A stretch of DNA of 64,000 nt from an uncultured Phycisphaerae bacterium (GTDB lineage: Bacteria > Planctomycetota > Phycisphaerae > JAAYCJ01): contig CAZLZE010000004.1 of assembly GCA_964563935.1 (NCBI GenBank), positions 6,514 to 70,513 of the forward strand, in the 5' to 3' direction. This document shows, in pieces, positions 1 to 10,913 of the stretch (positions are counted from its first letter, which is position 1; the number at the start of each line of letters is the position of its first letter). The notes under the pieces are model-generated. The model did no database searches. It saw only the letters and a program-made list of their open reading frames with translations, and was not told the origin of the DNA. The position numbers were made by a program, and so were the translations under genes.

Positions 1-35
1 GGCACAATAAAGGTAAGGCGATTGAGGAGAATCCG

Positions 36-461
36 ATGCCGGAGAGTGACCTTCCCCCAGCGGAAGAGACAAACGTCATAAAGATACCCATCCGACGGGT
101 CATGGATTTCCTGTATATTATCCTGGTGGCCTTCGTCCTTCTCATCGTCTACCTGACCTATCCGCCCGCAAAGTCGAATAGCGACTACGAACTGGAAACG
201 TGGGAAGCGCCCAGGCCCACCACCACTCAGCCCTTCATCCGGGTCCGGGCCATGCGCGACAAATCCAACGGCGAATATAAGTTCCCGGTAACCATCTCCA
301 TCAAAGATACCGACAATACCATCTGGAAGTTCCACGTCACCGGGAGCAATCCATCCTCCGACATCGCCGTCGATCACACTAACAAAGACGGCGAACCTGC
401 CGGATGGGTGACTTTCCAGCGCGTCCCCGACGACAAAGTTCCCTCACACGACAATTGGTAA
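36..461 (+). CDS. hypothetical membrane-anchored protein (N-terminal TM helix)
   Basis: 141-aa ORF with one hydrophobic helix (FLYIILVAFVLLIVYL) near the N-terminus and no recognisable motif. Confidence 0.35.
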   Translation: MPESDLPPAEETNVIKIPIRRVMDFLYIILVAFVLLIVYLTYPPAKSNSDYELETWEAPRPTTTQPFIRVRAMRDKSNGEYKFPVTISIKDTDNTIWKFHVTGSNPSSDIAVDHTNKDGEPAGWVTFQRVPDDKVPSHDNW

Positions 462-473
462 TGAAACGGGCAA

Positions 474-2972
474 TTACTTGCCTGATGCGGCCGTTTCCAC
501 CTTCTCACCAATCTCCTCCAAACGGAACCCTTCCGCCACCACGTTATGCTTCCGATCCGTCAACACAAGCCACGGCAGACGTCCCGCCCCCCACTTCCGA
601 AGAACATTCTCACTCTTGCCCTTGATCGTTCCCACTGGAAACGGCAGATGAGCTTGCGTCGTCCACGACTTCAGCGCCTGCGCATCCGCCATGTCCGCCT
701 GAACCGACACGATCACCACACCTTTCGTCGCCAACTCGCCCGCTCTCTTCGCCAACTCGCTCACGCAGTACCGCGACGGGCGCTGATTCATGTCCCAGAA
801 ACACACCAGCACCATCTTGCCCTCAATATCCTCAGCCTTCACGGGAATCCCGAAATCGCCAATCGCCGGCAACGGCTTACCCGTCAGTTTCGCCGGACGA
901 GTCGTCGGTCCCGGAACCTCCCACCCCCTATTCTCGGACATGACAATTCGAACATCCGTGTCGCCGCCCTGAGCCCGGGCACGGCCCGACATGCCGATCG
1001 GTCCCTGCACATAGGCACTCAGTTGGATGCTCCCCTGGCAAACCCCTTCAATTTTGAACTGCCCTTGCTGATCCGTCGTACTCCGGCGAAGCGGCTGATT
1101 GTCGCCATAGGTGTGAATCTGCGCATTCGCGATCGGATTATCCTCACTGTCGACCACCACGCCGGTCACGGACATATTGGCTCGATCCAGCGACAGCTTC
1201 TCCACCTCGACTCGCCCGGCCGGCCGGGTCGTCAGATCGATCCGAGCGCCTCGCTGACCGAATCCTTCCGCGGATGCGGTCACAGTGTACTTGTACCCGC
1301 TTGGAATGGCTGTGATCTCGTATCGACCCTTGTCGTCCGTAAAAATCTGACCGTTCTCCTGAATATATGCGCCCCACCGGCTGGCCTGCATCATCACCAT
1401 AGCCGTCGCCTTCGGAATCGGCTTGCCCTCAGAATCCACCACCAACCCCGTGAGCGTCACCCCCGGCTCCAGCTTCACTTCCACTCGTTTCGTATCCGTC
1501 TGAACCGGAACCACCGCCGCCAGATTTCTCTCCACATGCCGGACCACCAGGTAGAACTCCGTACTCTGCTGACCCCACCAGCCCGGATCCCAATCAATCA
1601 GGATTCCACCCTTCTCATCCGTCTGACGCATCTCCCTCGGTCCGACTATCGGAAGAATGAAATACCCGGCATCCTTCACCGGCTTGCCCGCCGCGTCCTT
1701 CACCACCCCCTGCATCGGAATCTTGCTCTCAACCTTGGCTTCATATTTGAACGTCTTGCCCTCTTCAATTGTGAACGGTATCGTTAACTGCTGCATCCGG
1801 TAACCACTGGACGGCTGAATCATCACCAGTTGATATTGTCCGGGCGACAAACGCGTTCGGACGATCCCGTCTTTGTCCGAACCTCCCGCGTTAATCCACT
1901 GGTTATTCGATACATTCCGAATTCCCACCATCACATCCGCCACGGGCTTTCCCGTCGCGTTATCGCGTACTGCAATCTCCGCAACTCCGCCCTTCACCAT
2001 GGATACGACCACGTCCGACTTGGTCTTCCCCACCTCCACCGTCACCACCACCGGGTCCGCCACCCAGTCGGCCAGTTTGTCCGACGAAGTGGCCGGCTGA
2101 AGGATATAAGTCCCCGCTGCCAACTGCCCCACAGCAAACGTACCATCCGTCCGCGAGACGAACTGCGATGCCTGGAGTGCGCCAGACGGCGTACTCGGAA
2201 CCAACCGGATCGATACCCCGCCAATCCCCTTCTGCGTGCCCTTCTCCACCACTCGACCCGTGATCCGCGACTCGACCGGCATGACGATCTTGATGTCCTT
2301 CTTCCCTGCCGCAAACTGCAGCGTTGTAATCACATTGCCCTTCATCGTCGTCGTCTTCGCCCGACCCGGCGCCTCGGCTGTGAACTCGGCTGTCGCGTTG
2401 CTCGGCATGTCCGAAAAAATAAATCGCCCCCCGGCATCGGTCGTCGCTACCAGTTCCGAAAAGTCCTTGCTGCCGAAAAGCCATTTCGGACGCTGCGGCT
2501 GACTGCCGGATATCGTCAAGAATGGAATAACCTTGACCCCAGCCAGGGGCTTGCCCCCCTCATCCACCACCACTCCGCCAAACGTCAACGGTTCGGTCAG
2601 CGTAATGTCTTCCCGAAGATTCTTCTCCTGCCGAAAATCCCAATTAAGCCAACCGAACGAAAGCCCTTGACCCTTGGCCATCACAATATAGAACCCATGC
2701 CCGAGTGACTTCTGCTCCCCTGATACCTTGAACATAAACGCACCGTCCGCCTTCGCGTTCATGGTCTCAACACCCTGAGAAACCGGCATCATCAGATTCG
2801 GATCATACGTGAACTTGATCAGCTTCACCGTCGCCCCCGCCACCGGTTTACCGTCCTTCGTAAGCACCCGCCCGGAACAAACTGCCTCGTCCGCACGCGC
2901 AATGCCCGCGCCAAATACCACAAAAAACGCCGCAGTCGCCAAGATTCCCCGCATGGTTCTTGTCTCCTTCAT
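474..2972 (-). CDS. secreted multidomain protein: repeated carboxypeptidase-regulatory-like beta-sandwich domains plus a C-terminal thioredoxin-like (TlpA/redoxin) domain
   Basis: 832-aa ORF. Signal peptide (MRGILATAAFFVVFGAGIARA). Repeated 'GxVxDxxGKPxAGAxV' beta-sandwich units. C-terminus 'KMVLVCFWDMNQRPSRYCV...' is redoxin-like. The start could be M1 (2972) or M7 (2954). Confidence 0.55.
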   Translation of the reverse strand: MKETRTMRGILATAAFFVVFGAGIARADEAVCSGRVLTKDGKPVAGATVKLIKFTYDPNLMMPVSQGVETMNAKADGAFMFKVSGEQKSLGHGFYIVMAKGQGLSFGWLNWDFRQEKNLREDITLTEPLTFGGVVVDEGGKPLAGVKVIPFLTISGSQPQRPKWLFGSKDFSELVATTDAGGRFIFSDMPSNATAEFTAEAPGRAKTTTMKGNVITTLQFAAGKKDIKIVMPVESRITGRVVEKGTQKGIGGVSIRLVPSTPSGALQASQFVSRTDGTFAVGQLAAGTYILQPATSSDKLADWVADPVVVTVEVGKTKSDVVVSMVKGGVAEIAVRDNATGKPVADVMVGIRNVSNNQWINAGGSDKDGIVRTRLSPGQYQLVMIQPSSGYRMQQLTIPFTIEEGKTFKYEAKVESKIPMQGVVKDAAGKPVKDAGYFILPIVGPREMRQTDEKGGILIDWDPGWWGQQSTEFYLVVRHVERNLAAVVPVQTDTKRVEVKLEPGVTLTGLVVDSEGKPIPKATAMVMMQASRWGAYIQENGQIFTDDKGRYEITAIPSGYKYTVTASAEGFGQRGARIDLTTRPAGRVEVEKLSLDRANMSVTGVVVDSEDNPIANAQIHTYGDNQPLRRSTTDQQGQFKIEGVCQGSIQLSAYVQGPIGMSGRARAQGGDTDVRIVMSENRGWEVPGPTTRPAKLTGKPLPAIGDFGIPVKAEDIEGKMVLVCFWDMNQRPSRYCVSELAKRAGELATKGVVIVSVQADMADAQALKSWTTQAHLPFPVGTIKGKSENVLRKWGAGRLPWLVLTDRKHNVVAEGFRLEEIGEKVETAASGK

Positions 2973-2977
2973 CTCGC

Positions 2978-3265
2978 TTAAGATTCAGATTTGCGCCTCA
3001 GCACAATCACAGCCACGATCAATACCAGCAACCCCAGCGCGATCGGACGATACCATTTCACCCACCGCGGAGTCCCGGACGCCACCGGAGCCGTCGTCGC
3101 AGCAAGTGGTTTCGCCGTAACCGTCGATTTACCGGCTGATTTCGCCGAATCGGAACTCACCCCCTTGGCCGTCACTGCCGGCGCCGTTACCGTGAAAGCA
3201 AAAGGCTTGCTTTCGATCTTGAATGGTCCGCTGAATTCCACCGAAGCCGTGTAGGGCCCCTTCAC
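2978..3265 (-). CDS. small hypothetical protein with a C-terminal TM anchor and basic tail
   Basis: 95-aa ORF lying between two larger minus-strand genes (6-nt and 39-nt gaps). C-terminus is 'LGLLVLIVAVIVLRRKSES'. Confidence 0.3.
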   Translation of the reverse strand: MKGPYTASVEFSGPFKIESKPFAFTVTAPAVTAKGVSSDSAKSAGKSTVTAKPLAATTAPVASGTPRWVKWYRPIALGLLVLIVAVIVLRRKSES

Positions 3266-3304
3266 ATCCTTAGGCTCTCGCCACGAGAGCGAACAGGTTC
3301 CGCC

Positions 3305-4504
3305 TCAGCCATACTCCAGCGAGTACGTCTGATCAAATGTCCCTGCCTTGTTCTTGATCCGAATCTTCGGAGCCGCCGGGCGCGTCCCGTTGCACTCAAC
3401 ATCGATCCGCTCGCCAAGCTTCCCCTGCAATCCCTGATTGAAACTGTACTGTCCACCCTCGGGATTCATCGCCAGTGACGACACCACCGGCTCGCCCACA
3501 TCCAGCGTCGCCGCCTTCTCTTTCGTTACCTCCAACAGCACGCTATTCGGAAACGATCGTCCCGCCAGTTTCCACGGAACCCCCGCCTCATCTTTTCGCT
3601 CGATTTCCCAGTCGTATACGCGGTACTTGCCTACCGGCAACTTGCCCACCCCTTTCGTATGGCGAAGATCGAGCAGACCGTTCAACCCGCCCACGCGAAC
3701 CTTCGTCAGCCCTTCCGGAACGCGCACCTCGCCCAGCACAATGTTCTCGCACGATGTAAACGCGACAAACGCCCCGTCTTGCGAGGGCTCCGGGTGATAG
3801 AACTTGCCATCGACCTCGATGTACCGGCCATTGAACCGGGCGTCCCAGATCTTTCCCTTGTCGATCAGAATTCGGTCGATCTGCCCGAAATCGTCCGCGC
3901 TGTCGTTGAACGTCCCGTTCGCGTTCGCATCCACCAGCGCACACTGATGCGACTTGCCACCGATCATCACCTGACCTTCATAATAACACGCCGAACCCAG
4001 ATTGACGCTCGACCGATTGGAACTCAGGTGAAACTGAACCTGAAAATGGTACGTAACCGGTCCGTCCTGAGTCGAAAAGACAACCTTCACCGGGGCAAAA
4101 ACCGCCCGGTAGTAGTTCTTGTCGTACTCCTGGACCTCGAACGGCTTATATGCTGTCTCGTTCGTCAAGTCCCCGTCGCAGTTCGAGTCCACGACCACTC
4201 GGTCATACGAGCCCTTCGGCTTCGATCGGTCGAAAACCATCCACACCAACCCGCTCTTCGCCATCGGCGTCGACCACTTCGCAAAAATCGGGTCCGAAGC
4301 GACAAACTTCCCCGCCTTGACCTCTTTGGGTAATGTTTTCTCGATCGGCACGGAAAAATGGCAGACATTCTCCCACCCAACCTTCTCACCTAACTCTCTC
4401 GCCACCCCATACTGCAGCCATTGCTTTTCCTGCGCAAACAACGTCCCTGTGGCAAAGATACCGATCACAATCAGGAGGAAACAACGAATCCAAGGTCCTC
4501 TCAT
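3305..4504 (-). CDS. secreted hypothetical protein
   Basis: About 400 aa. Signal peptide 'MRGPWIRCFLLIVIGIFATGTLFAQ' starts at the internal Met at 4504. No catalytic motif recognised. First gene of a three-gene minus-strand operon. Confidence 0.45.
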   Translation of the reverse strand: MRGPWIRCFLLIVIGIFATGTLFAQEKQWLQYGVARELGEKVGWENVCHFSVPIEKTLPKEVKAGKFVASDPIFAKWSTPMAKSGLVWMVFDRSKPKGSYDRVVVDSNCDGDLTNETAYKPFEVQEYDKNYYRAVFAPVKVVFSTQDGPVTYHFQVQFHLSSNRSSVNLGSACYYEGQVMIGGKSHQCALVDANANGTFNDSADDFGQIDRILIDKGKIWDARFNGRYIEVDGKFYHPEPSQDGAFVAFTSCENIVLGEVRVPEGLTKVRVGGLNGLLDLRHTKGVGKLPVGKYRVYDWEIERKDEAGVPWKLAGRSFPNSVLLEVTKEKAATLDVGEPVVSSLAMNPEGGQYSFNQGLQGKLGERIDVECNGTRPAAPKIRIKNKAGTFDQTYSLEYG

Positions 4505-4691
4505 GGCAAGCGTCTCCACCAATGATGCCCCGTTCGACCGAAACCGCCGAACAATAAAACCGTGATATATACCCTATCACTCCAGATTCTATCTGTCAAC
4601 TCTCAATGAAACAGCAATATTTCCCCCCGCCTGCCCGACTCTGAAGTGGCCAAGGGAAAATGGTAGGTCCACGTGGTTCGCCCGTCTTCGT

Positions 4692-7600
4692 CTATTTCGG
4701 ATTCATCATGCTCGCGCCCATCAGCCCAATCACGACTTCCTGTGAAAGCGTCTCCAGCGTCACATCCTCAAGCTCAACACCTTCACGAAGCTTCCAGCCG
4801 TAGACCATCGCCCGGCAATTCTCCCCAAGCTGCACCTGCGGCGGCGGTTCCTTCGGCATCGAGAAACTATCGCGAGCGTAATCATAGTCCGCGCCGCCGA
4901 AATGACAAAGCGACCAGAAATTAAACGGCGGAATGAGTTCCAGCGTCTCTTCTTTCCCATCGGCGTAACGGAACCGCAAAATGGCATTGGCGATCCGCCC
5001 CTGCATCGGATTGGTCGATCCGCACACCAGCAGCCAGATCGCTTCCCCGCTCGCGCTGACCGGCACCGTCACTGACCGCGGCCAATTGTCCCATAGTGAG
5101 GTAAACGCAATATTCTTCTTCTCGCCAAGCTTGGCAAACGGCACGCCCTGGGGCGTTGTTACCGCTTTACCGGGACCGGCAAGTTTGATCTCCGGCGGCT
5201 TGATATCCCAATGCTTGAAGGTCCACGCGCTATAGCCGTCGTAACCAATGCGCATCGAAACCGTGTTCGGCCGCGGTGACCGATACTCCTGCTTAAAAAT
5301 CGTCTGAACATCACCGTTCCACAAACCGGAAAGGTCGAATTTCTTCCACCGCGCATTCGCCGGAACCGCGCGAAGGAGCGGCACTCCGGGCCGCTCGGGC
5401 ACATGCACCTTCGTCATCTGATAACGAGGGACCGCACCGTTGATCTTTTTCCAAACAAGATGATATCCCGGTCGGCCTTCCTTTTCTTCAACCGTCAAAT
5501 ACGGCAATTGTCCGATCCGTTCACTCAGTTCGATAACTAAATCAACCTTGTCGCAGGTCGACGTTTTCACCGTCAGCATCCCGCATCCAGCCCAGGGTTC
5601 GATCTTCCACTTCACCGACTGACCATTGATGGTCACCCGCTTGACCTTCTCTGCCCGCACCGGCACCCGAAATTCAACCTTGGCCGGCCGGACCTGAGAA
5701 AATTCATAAACGTCCCGCTCCCCCTTCCGCCGATAGGCCAGCGAAAAATCCGGCGTCCGGATAGACGCGTGTGGCCACGCGGACGGAAACGCGGGTGCAA
5801 TTTGCACAACACCATTCGGATAATCAGGCCGATATCCGAAGAGTCCTTCGACCACCGATCTGCCGAACATCATGACAAGATCGCTGAAATCGATCCCGCA
5901 ATCCGAATGGCTGAGTCCCCCCGGCGACCGGATCGTGACCGCTCCGCTGCGCTGGCCGCCCGCAAAACGAAAACCGGATTTCGGCTCCGGGTCGCCGTAC
6001 ATCGTCTGCAGCATCGTCCCGCGCAGAATCTCCCAACCATCGTCGCCCTGACCGCCCAGGAAATAACCCAGCGCCATCGCGAAGTTATCGCCGTGATACA
6101 GTTCGCGGACCGACCATTTGGCCGGCACCCAGTTCGTCGTCTGCCGCATCTCGCCCCCATACGGCAATTTGAATCGCTCCATCGCCCATTCCGTATAATA
6201 CATCGCCTGCCACGCCTGCTCCGGCGTCGTCACTCCGGCTTCGATCGGCACGTGCTGGGCATACACCCAGGCGTCGTCATGTATTCGCCGGTGACCGCCT
6301 TGCTCAATGTGGGACGCGAACTGCCCCTTGTCTTTCAGCCACAATACCCGGTTCATCGCCTCGCGAATCTTATCCGCTTCCGCGTCGTGTTTGGCAGCCG
6401 TCTTTTTATCGCCTATTCGTCGGCGCATGTCCGCAGCGGCCCGGCGTGCGTAATATATGTACGCCGATTCCTCCGGCGTGGCGCCCCCGTTGAACCACAC
6501 CGAATCGCTGGGCCAGGTGTTGTTGAAGCTCTCGTACAGCCCGTCATCGTCGGGATCATAGCACGCCTTGCATCGATCAAGATGGAGTTCCAGCATCCCC
6601 AGCAATCGCTTCTCAAATACCGGATCGCCCGTAGCCCGCCAGTCACGGATACATTGGTCGAAAAACTGCGTCTGAAATTCATACAGCGACCGCGGTCCAC
6701 ACTCTTCATATCCGACGAACCCGGCTCCGTAGAACCGCGAATTCTCGGCCTGTTCGCAGCCGTCCTCGGATGGAGCGGGGACTGTCTTTGTGTTGTCCTT
6801 CTTGACTTGGAACCTGTCGAAATGCTCCAACGCCTTGGCGACGCGGTCGTGCCAGCCGTAGGCCGTCGCGCCGCCCATCACCCGCCAACCGGGGAACCGG
6901 ATTCGCCATGTCGATCCGCCGTGGGCAAAACCCGGCTCAACGTACAAACCGTCAATCGCGGCGCACGAAGCCGCCACCCCGGCGTCAAAATACGGGTCCG
7001 GCGTCTCCACCACCACCTGCCGACCCACCCGTTCAGCGCGGGCCAGTCCCTCGGCAAACGCGGTAACCGGATCGGCCACCAGCGCCGGGGCCATCGGCCT
7101 TTTGAAATATCGATCATCCTCGTCCGCAATCACTGCGACATACTGCGGCCTCCCCGCCTTCAACGGTATCTGCGCCACCAATCCATCGCCAACGGCGTCC
7201 CTAATCGCCTGGGGCAGATTCTCGGGAACGTCGAAAGCGAACGACTCCCACTTGCTGACCGGCTCGGAGAAACGACCATGCACGTGTTTGAACCAGAACC
7301 CATCCGCCTGTTGAACTCCTTTCTCCGGCCCAGGCGGGAATACGCACCATGCCGCAACGTCACCGCTCTTCGCCCCGTCGACCACCAGCCGGGCGGTAAA
7401 CCCGCTGGCATCCGCGAGAGTCGTACCGGTCAGACGCACCGTCAATCCCGGCAGACGCGAGTCGGTCATCTCCCATTCCATCCGCCCCGGCCGATACCGC
7501 GCAACCCGCTCCGCGAATTGATGGAGCAGCACGGTCTTCTTACCCCGCCGAACACCCACATAAAGCGTCCCCATCGGCCCGGTCAGCGACGGCATCTCAC

Positions 7601-7781
7601 CGGACATGACAAACGCATACCGACCGTTGCAGTACAACGGCCGATTGTCCCAAACCGTACCGTTGCGAACAACGATCGCGTCATCCTCGGGCCAATAAGT
7701 CAGCACCGGCAATCGGTCCGCCGTGCGTTTCTTCGACACATTTCCTACAAGTTTTTCGGTTCTTCTCGAGGTTGATCTCAT
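4692..7781 (-). CDS. large glycoside-hydrolase-like protein (probably an (alpha/alpha)6-barrel family)
   Basis: 1029-aa ORF. The central region, rich in W/Y/D/E, resembles six-hairpin glycosidases, but the family was not identified. No obvious signal peptide. Confidence 0.4.
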   Translation of the reverse strand: MRSTSRRTEKLVGNVSKKRTADRLPVLTYWPEDDAIVVRNGTVWDNRPLYCNGRYAFVMSGEMPSLTGPMGTLYVGVRRGKKTVLLHQFAERVARYRPGRMEWEMTDSRLPGLTVRLTGTTLADASGFTARLVVDGAKSGDVAAWCVFPPGPEKGVQQADGFWFKHVHGRFSEPVSKWESFAFDVPENLPQAIRDAVGDGLVAQIPLKAGRPQYVAVIADEDDRYFKRPMAPALVADPVTAFAEGLARAERVGRQVVVETPDPYFDAGVAASCAAIDGLYVEPGFAHGGSTWRIRFPGWRVMGGATAYGWHDRVAKALEHFDRFQVKKDNTKTVPAPSEDGCEQAENSRFYGAGFVGYEECGPRSLYEFQTQFFDQCIRDWRATGDPVFEKRLLGMLELHLDRCKACYDPDDDGLYESFNNTWPSDSVWFNGGATPEESAYIYYARRAAADMRRRIGDKKTAAKHDAEADKIREAMNRVLWLKDKGQFASHIEQGGHRRIHDDAWVYAQHVPIEAGVTTPEQAWQAMYYTEWAMERFKLPYGGEMRQTTNWVPAKWSVRELYHGDNFAMALGYFLGGQGDDGWEILRGTMLQTMYGDPEPKSGFRFAGGQRSGAVTIRSPGGLSHSDCGIDFSDLVMMFGRSVVEGLFGYRPDYPNGVVQIAPAFPSAWPHASIRTPDFSLAYRRKGERDVYEFSQVRPAKVEFRVPVRAEKVKRVTINGQSVKWKIEPWAGCGMLTVKTSTCDKVDLVIELSERIGQLPYLTVEEKEGRPGYHLVWKKINGAVPRYQMTKVHVPERPGVPLLRAVPANARWKKFDLSGLWNGDVQTIFKQEYRSPRPNTVSMRIGYDGYSAWTFKHWDIKPPEIKLAGPGKAVTTPQGVPFAKLGEKKNIAFTSLWDNWPRSVTVPVSASGEAIWLLVCGSTNPMQGRIANAILRFRYADGKEETLELIPPFNFWSLCHFGGADYDYARDSFSMPKEPPPQVQLGENCRAMVYGWKLREGVELEDVTLETLSQEVVIGLMGASMMNPK

Positions 7782-7806
7782 GAGCGTGCTGTCTCCTGGA
7801 CAATCG

Positions 7807-9123
7807 TTAGAATTGAGGCAGGTACTTTTTGTTGGCCTTGATCAATTTGTCGAGCAATTCACCGGCGGTGTTCCACTCCCGAACGAGCGGGTCCGAGGCC
7901 ATAGCCTCCTGCGCGAGCCTTCGATCCCCCGTTAACGCAGCCCGAATGATGATCCTGGTCCGAATCGCGTGGGGAGTCAGCAGGACAGTCAATTCGTCCG
8001 GCAGGGCGCCAACGGTGTGCGGGGAAACCTTGTCGGCCGTTATGGTCCCCATCGTCTCGACAACCACCCCGCGAGGCAGGTTGTCTATCTGCCCCTCATT
8101 GGGCAAGTTCACCACCTCGACCACCGGCTTGCCCGTCGAAAGAGAAACCACCAGACTGGACATCGCTTCACGCGAGGGCTCCAGGCTGATCTTCGACGGA
8201 TTCTTCGTCAGATCGTACGTATTCTTCTTGGCCCTGCTGAGCCACCTGTAGCGGTCCTTGATGTAGGTCAGCTTAATGTTGTACGCCTTGCCGTAGCCTG
8301 TCTCCTTCGTCAAAACATTGGGGACAAACTCGCTCGTGTGACGGTCGCCGGGATACAACTGGAATCCGGTCCGGCGGAAAAATTCACACATGAAAACAAA
8401 AACCCCGTGCGTCTCGGCATGGGTCAGATTGACCTTGGGCTTGAGCATGTGGTTCAGCGGGTCCGCCGCCAGTCTCTTGAAAGCTTCGAAACAATCGCGA
8501 TCCCTGTACCGGGCCGAGAGAATGAACGCAAAATGATTCAACCCACCCACGCTGAGGCAGATATCCTCCCAGCCACATTTGTACTGCTCGCGAAGCCAGC
8601 CCCACAGACCATAGAGTTCATGACACAGACCGATCGTCTTGCAGCCCTGCTCGCAGAGCACCTGCGTAAGTACCGTCATCGGATTGGTCAGATTGAAAAC
8701 CCACGCCTTCGGACAATGTTTCTTGATGCTCTTGGCGAAGTCCATGAAAACAGGAATATTCCGCAGGGCGCGAGAAATTCCACCCGGACCAACGGTATCG
8801 CCGACGGCCTGGAAGATGCCGTACTTGTATGGAATCTCCAGGTCCGGCCGCATCGCCTCCAACCCCCCGGTGGAAATGGTGATCACCACAAAGTCCGCCT
8901 TCGGCAGCGCCTCATCCCGCTCAGTCGTCGCATGGACCGTCCAATCGCTGTTGATACGCTGGATCGCAGCATGGCAATACAGCTCCAGGTCCTTAAGGGC
9001 CTTCTTATCGATATCCACCAGCCATAATTCCGACCCGGCCAGTTCCGGCTTCACCATCATGTCCCGCACCAAATGCGGCATCCAGTTGTAGCTTCCACCG
9101 CCAATCATCACGATCTTCGCCAT
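7807..9123 (-). CDS. glycoside hydrolase family 4 (NAD+/Mn2+-dependent glycosidase)
   Basis: N-terminal Rossmann motif 'KIVMIGGGSYNW', about 438 aa, typical GH4 architecture. Confidence 0.8.
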   Translation of the reverse strand: MAKIVMIGGGSYNWMPHLVRDMMVKPELAGSELWLVDIDKKALKDLELYCHAAIQRINSDWTVHATTERDEALPKADFVVITISTGGLEAMRPDLEIPYKYGIFQAVGDTVGPGGISRALRNIPVFMDFAKSIKKHCPKAWVFNLTNPMTVLTQVLCEQGCKTIGLCHELYGLWGWLREQYKCGWEDICLSVGGLNHFAFILSARYRDRDCFEAFKRLAADPLNHMLKPKVNLTHAETHGVFVFMCEFFRRTGFQLYPGDRHTSEFVPNVLTKETGYGKAYNIKLTYIKDRYRWLSRAKKNTYDLTKNPSKISLEPSREAMSSLVVSLSTGKPVVEVVNLPNEGQIDNLPRGVVVETMGTITADKVSPHTVGALPDELTVLLTPHAIRTRIIIRAALTGDRRLAQEAMASDPLVREWNTAGELLDKLIKANKKYLPQF

Positions 9124-9209
9124 GGTCTTCCTCTCTTATCTTGCCTTGATACTGTTATTGCACCGAGATCTGTCACATGACACGTCTCAACCGCATGGAT
9201 GGTTGCCTG

Positions 9210-10280
9210 TCAGGTCGACTCCCCTTTGGTTAGCTCCGGAGCAATGAGGATTTGTTCTTGAGGTATCGAGATCGTATCGCCCGATTGCGACGCGATCATC
9301 AACTCAAGGATCGCTTCCGCGATCTCCTTGCACGGCTGACGAACCGTCGTCAATGGCGGATCATGACGATAGGCTTCATAGTTCCCATCGTATCCCATCA
9401 ACGCGATATCCTGAGGAACGCGAACACCCAGCTCCGAAAGAATATCCCACAGACCAAGGGCCACATTGTCGCAAAAGGCAAAAATGCCGTCACAATCCTT
9501 GATCGCCTCGGCGACCTGCGACTTGAGCTCGGCCCTCGACTCGACAAGCTGATAAAACTCGATGTCCTCAAGCCGGCCGCCCGATTCAACCCATCCTTTC
9601 ATAAACCCCAACCGTCGAAGCGGCAACGCGCGCAAACGGGCTTCCCCCGTCGGATGGTTATCCCAATACGCCACTTTGCGGCACCCGCGTTCCCACAAAT
9701 GCCGGCCTGCCAGTTCGCCACCCTTGTGGTGATCGGTTTCAACAACGCAGTCCGTCTGAACATCCCTCCAATTGTCCAATCCGATCGTGAAACACCGGCA
9801 GAGTCGTTGCGCGTCCTCTGGAAGCCAGTCGGCCACCACGAGAAAATCGTAAAAACCGTCTTCGACCTCTTCGAGCGTATGATTCAGATCAAGCTGGCAG
9901 TCCACCGTAACATTCACATGACTGCCCAGCCTGACCAGATAGTTATGCAGGGATTGATAGATCGGATGGAGAATATGATCCTTGCCAATACCCATGAAAC
10001 CAACGCGCGTCAACCGGTTCTGCCGATCGCCCGACAACCTGGAACGGACTTGGTGCCGACCATTCTCCAGACGTTCGAGAATCCCCTCCTCCCTCAACTC
10101 CTTGATCGCCAGAAACACAACGTTGGTGCTGACATCCAATTGTCTGGCAATTTCACGTACCGTCGGAAGGTAGCTCCCCGGCTTCAGGATGCCTCGGTGG
10201 ATACCGTCGAGCAAAAAATTCCGCGTACGATCCTTTAGCGGCTCGTACGACTTGGACTGCTGCTTGTTCCATTTTGTCAT
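9210..10280 (-). CDS. GntR-family transcriptional regulator with a periplasmic-binding-protein-like sugar-binding domain
   Basis: N-terminal winged HTH ('TVREIARQLDVSTNVVFLAIKELREEGIL') followed by a LacI/PBP type-1-like domain. Confidence 0.75.
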   Translation of the reverse strand: MTKWNKQQSKSYEPLKDRTRNFLLDGIHRGILKPGSYLPTVREIARQLDVSTNVVFLAIKELREEGILERLENGRHQVRSRLSGDRQNRLTRVGFMGIGKDHILHPIYQSLHNYLVRLGSHVNVTVDCQLDLNHTLEEVEDGFYDFLVVADWLPEDAQRLCRCFTIGLDNWRDVQTDCVVETDHHKGGELAGRHLWERGCRKVAYWDNHPTGEARLRALPLRRLGFMKGWVESGGRLEDIEFYQLVESRAELKSQVAEAIKDCDGIFAFCDNVALGLWDILSELGVRVPQDIALMGYDGNYEAYRHDPPLTTVRQPCKEIAEAILELMIASQSGDTISIPQEQILIAPELTKGEST

Positions 10281-10913
10281 TCATTCCATAATAACATAAA
10301 ACATTTCACAACTCAACATATTACATAAATACATTGATTGCCCACAACCACCTACAGCAAAATCTTTTATACCGTCTTATATTGTTTTATTTTGTTCTTT
10401 ATACAACCAGACTCCCTGGACTCGCACCGCCAGAGCGATTTGACGCCAACGAAGGAATTCAGCCAGGATTCCCCCTGGAAATGTACAAGCCCGAGGAAGG
10501 AATCGCTGGGAAATAGTTCCCATCGCGGAACTCTGCTACCGGGAAAATTCCCCAACTATCGTCCAACCTTATAACACAAACCGCATTCTTGACTCGACCA
10601 AGGCCTGTAACCCTTTGGCACAGCCGTTGCCAATACTCTTCATAAAGAACTTGGAAAAAATAACAGAAAAAGCAAAAAAGAGCCAAAGGCCCCAAAAAAT
10701 GAAGACGATGGAAAAAGGACCGATGAGAACAACGATATTGGTGAGCAACTATCCGAACTAGAACTCCTGGAATCGCCGGGATTATCCACCGATACATCGT
10801 GCCTTTCCGGAAAGGCTCAGTTGCCTGAAGGGAAAGAAGAGCCAAGAGAATCCCGCCGGTACTCCCCCGCCGGCGGGATTTTCGCATTTGCGGGTTCCCG
10901 CCGGAATTTTGGG

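Noticed and set aside
546-1787. 413-aa plus-strand ORF rich in Arg/His/Leu
   Set aside because: Lies entirely antisense to the 832-aa secreted protein gene. The composition is typical of a high-GC antisense shadow ORF.
5769-7775. 668-aa plus-strand ORF
   Set aside because: Antisense to the 1029-aa GH-like gene. Low-complexity, Arg/Pro-rich translation.
7969-9027. 352-aa plus-strand ORF
   Set aside because: Antisense to the GH4 gene, whose Rossmann motif gives clear protein evidence on the minus strand.
9252-10238. 328-aa plus-strand ORF
   Set aside because: Antisense to the GntR-family regulator gene.
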